Source: Basidioascus undulatus (taxonomy: Eukaryota). Taken from it: a stretch of DNA of 35,868 nucleotides. The DNA is taken from positions 1 through 35,868 of the forward strand of contig JTLS01000063.1 of NCBI GenBank assembly GCA_000826855.1, read 5' to 3'. A program made the position numbers and the translations under genes. Every line of letters begins with the position of its first letter. The first letter of the stretch is position 1. This document shows positions 33,906 through 35,868 of the stretch, one piece after another. The notes under the pieces are model-generated. The model was given only the letters and a program-made list of their open reading frames with translations. It did no database searches and was not told the DNA's origin.

Positions 33906-35130
33906 TGGTGTCATTCCCTCCTGAGAGGTTTCGTTCTGAAATCACTGCAACAAGTCAGACTGAAGGATTGGTTGCTGGAAAAGACTCAGTTGCTTATTAA
34001 ATATCTTTCATAGTAAAAGTGTCGAGAAGGTCTCTAGACAAGAGGAGGTCGATACTTCTGCGTGGCAGTCATGGTACACGCATGACAAAGCTGACGGTAG
34101 TTGGCCCCAGCAGGCTGTGACGGTCTAGGGCGGCAGCTTGGGAAACCGTCAAATGTGAGTCTTTCGAGACCTGGTATACTGACGCAAACTGTACTGTATA
34201 AAAGCCACAGACTAGGTACTTTCCAAGCGGTAGGCTCAACGGTTCCGCTCCTAAAGGCCCCCACCAAGCTCTGTTTGTTGGGTGCTGCTCGCTTTGAATC
34301 TGGCCAGAGATGGGGAGACCTAACTTTCATATAATTATAAAGAACATAGAATTCTGTATGGATTATGCTACAGCCAACAGTTATAGTTGCGGTGAAGTAG
34401 TTGTCAAGTGGATACACCGCCCTGCCACGGATGAGCTGCCAGAGCCAGTGCCGCAGAAGGTCGCTGCTAAGCATCGTATTGGATAGCTGAAATGTATAAA
34501 AACAATACAAAGCGAGAGGAAGAGTGCCAGCTAGGAGTATAGATGAGTACAGGCTTTTCAACAGCAAGCCTGAGCCCCCAACAGCGAACACGACCATTTC
34601 AACGGCGAGTGCGAGCCAATGAACGGAGCCTACAGGCACCCAACAGCACAGCATACAAATGTCGGGGAAGTCGAGACGGCCCCCGCAAGCCCGAGGCTGT
34701 GCTGACGCAAGACGAGGATGTGGATGCATGGACTTCAGATTTGTGGGCTGCCGCCGATAACTGCGCGTACCGCGCGTTTGTCATGGCGGATGGGGACGAG
34801 ACCGCAGTTGGTGCGCACTTTCTTGGTGCCGGTGTGCACATCGCAGCCATGCCAGCAGATCTACAGACCCGGACGAGGCTAGACGGAAGGAGTAACATGA
34901 GGTGGAAAAGCTGTCTACTCTTGTAAAATAGCTTGCGCTTGATCAAGGCAAGCCTCATTGCGCAAGAAACGTGCGGCGATTGCGCTGTTGAGAGCCATTT
35001 TGCGCCCAGACAAGCGGAAGCTTCCTGCGTCTTCTGACTCGTCATTCTCGCCCTCGTGTCTTGCGTCTCGTCCACGTTCATCGCCGTTCTCACAAATCTC
35101 GAAATGTGGAAGTGAGGGAGTTTGGACGCC
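33905..35130 (+). other. Degenerate coding-like relic with reduced CpG, possibly transposon-derived
   Basis: A + frame from about 34337 reads IKNIEFCMDY...GEVVVKWIHRP...KHRIG*LKCIK...AS*EYR*VQAFQQQA*AP. Each stop (TAG, TAG, TGA, TGA) is one C>T change from CAG or CGA. The family was not recognised. Confidence 0.3.
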
Positions 35131-35230
35131 ACACACCACCATCTATCTTATCCACCACACACCCACACCAAGAACACAGAACCGACTCGCATACACCCGC
35201 CCATACGCGCACACCGGCAAACCGCAACGC

Positions 35231-35868
35231 ATGCCCATCTCCAGCGCATCCACCTCAACTGCCGCTGCGTCCCCTACCGACGACCAGCCGTCGTACCTCG
35301 CCGAGCTCGAAGCCTTGTCCGTCTCCCCTCCCCTCCCCTTCCATCCTCCTCCCGCTTACCCCTTCTCCCGGAACACAGTACCCAGCGCGCCGATGCGCGG
35401 CGGCGCCAGAGCCGGCGGGAGGCGTGGGGGATGGCGGCGGCGGCGGAGGACGACGGCGTCCTCACTCTAGCTGAGGACGACCCGGACGCCGCGCTGGATA
35501 TGATGCTCGTGCGGAGTCTGAGTCCGCAGGTCTCGAGGAGCGGGGGAAAGCTTACGCGTGAGTCCTGTGCTCCGGAGCGGGGATTGGAAGGAAGGGTGCT
35601 GATGCGGGGTTGGGAAACAGCGGTGCGGACGCGGAACTCGAGAGTTTCGGGTGGGACGGGGGGCACGGCGAGCCCACGCGGGGAAAAACCGAAGGAGAAG
35701 GGGCTGTCGAGGTTATGTGCGTCTTCACCCTCCCCACTCACCTTCCTCCACCTATAGAAAGTGGCTCACGGGATGGGCGTGGCAGTGCAACGACTGCATT
35801 TGAAGAAGAAGGCGAAGGAGTCGAAGGGCACGGAGCTCGGTAAGCATTCACTGACAATGTGAACCCCG
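35231..35868 (+). CDS. Hypothetical protein, 5' part; continues beyond the window
   Basis: Phase-consistent splicing gives MPISSASTSTAAASPTDDQPSYLAELEAF|TQRADARRRQSRREAWG...LTLAEDDPDAALDMML|KVAHGMGVAVQRLHLKKKAKESKGTEL|, with a gtaagc donor near 35839. No domain was recognised. Confidence 0.5.

Noticed and set aside
1..35868. tRNA or rRNA genes
   Set aside because: The GTTCGA-like words I checked (for example near 25917) lie in introns or lack cloverleaf arms. No rRNA-like sequence was seen, but a tRNAscan-SE/Infernal run would be needed to exclude them.

Overview
This is GC-rich, intron-dense eukaryotic DNA from a basidiomycete fungus. The short GT-AG introns with CTRAC-type branch points and a Cas1p gene fit a Pucciniomycotina or basidiomycete yeast; the taxonomy is inference. 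The supplied ORF track is therefore mostly exon fragments and antisense shadows, and I assembled all gene models by hand. Nine genes look intact: an Aro8-like PLP aminotransferase (+), an ATF/Sko1-like bZIP factor (-), casein kinase II alpha (+), a Dabb-barrel protein (-), a Cas1p-family O-acetyltransferase (-), a DinB-superfamily protein ending in PTS1-like ARL (+), acyl-CoA thioesterase II ending in AKL (+), a DUF2231-like membrane protein (-) and a secreted, probably GPI-anchored GH17 glucanase (-). An unknown gene runs off the right edge. Several decayed genes lie between them: a GPCR-like 7TM gene and a GST that both appear to have lost their middles, a disabled fusion of a divergent expansin/RlpA-like barrel with a second domain, and a truncated Zn2Cys6 start. 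There are also CpG-poor relic tracts. I found no CRISPR array, rRNA, tRNA or intact transposon. The best leads are the adjacent DinB and thioesterase genes that both carry peroxisomal signals, the barrel fusion, and the repeated internal-deletion pseudogenes.
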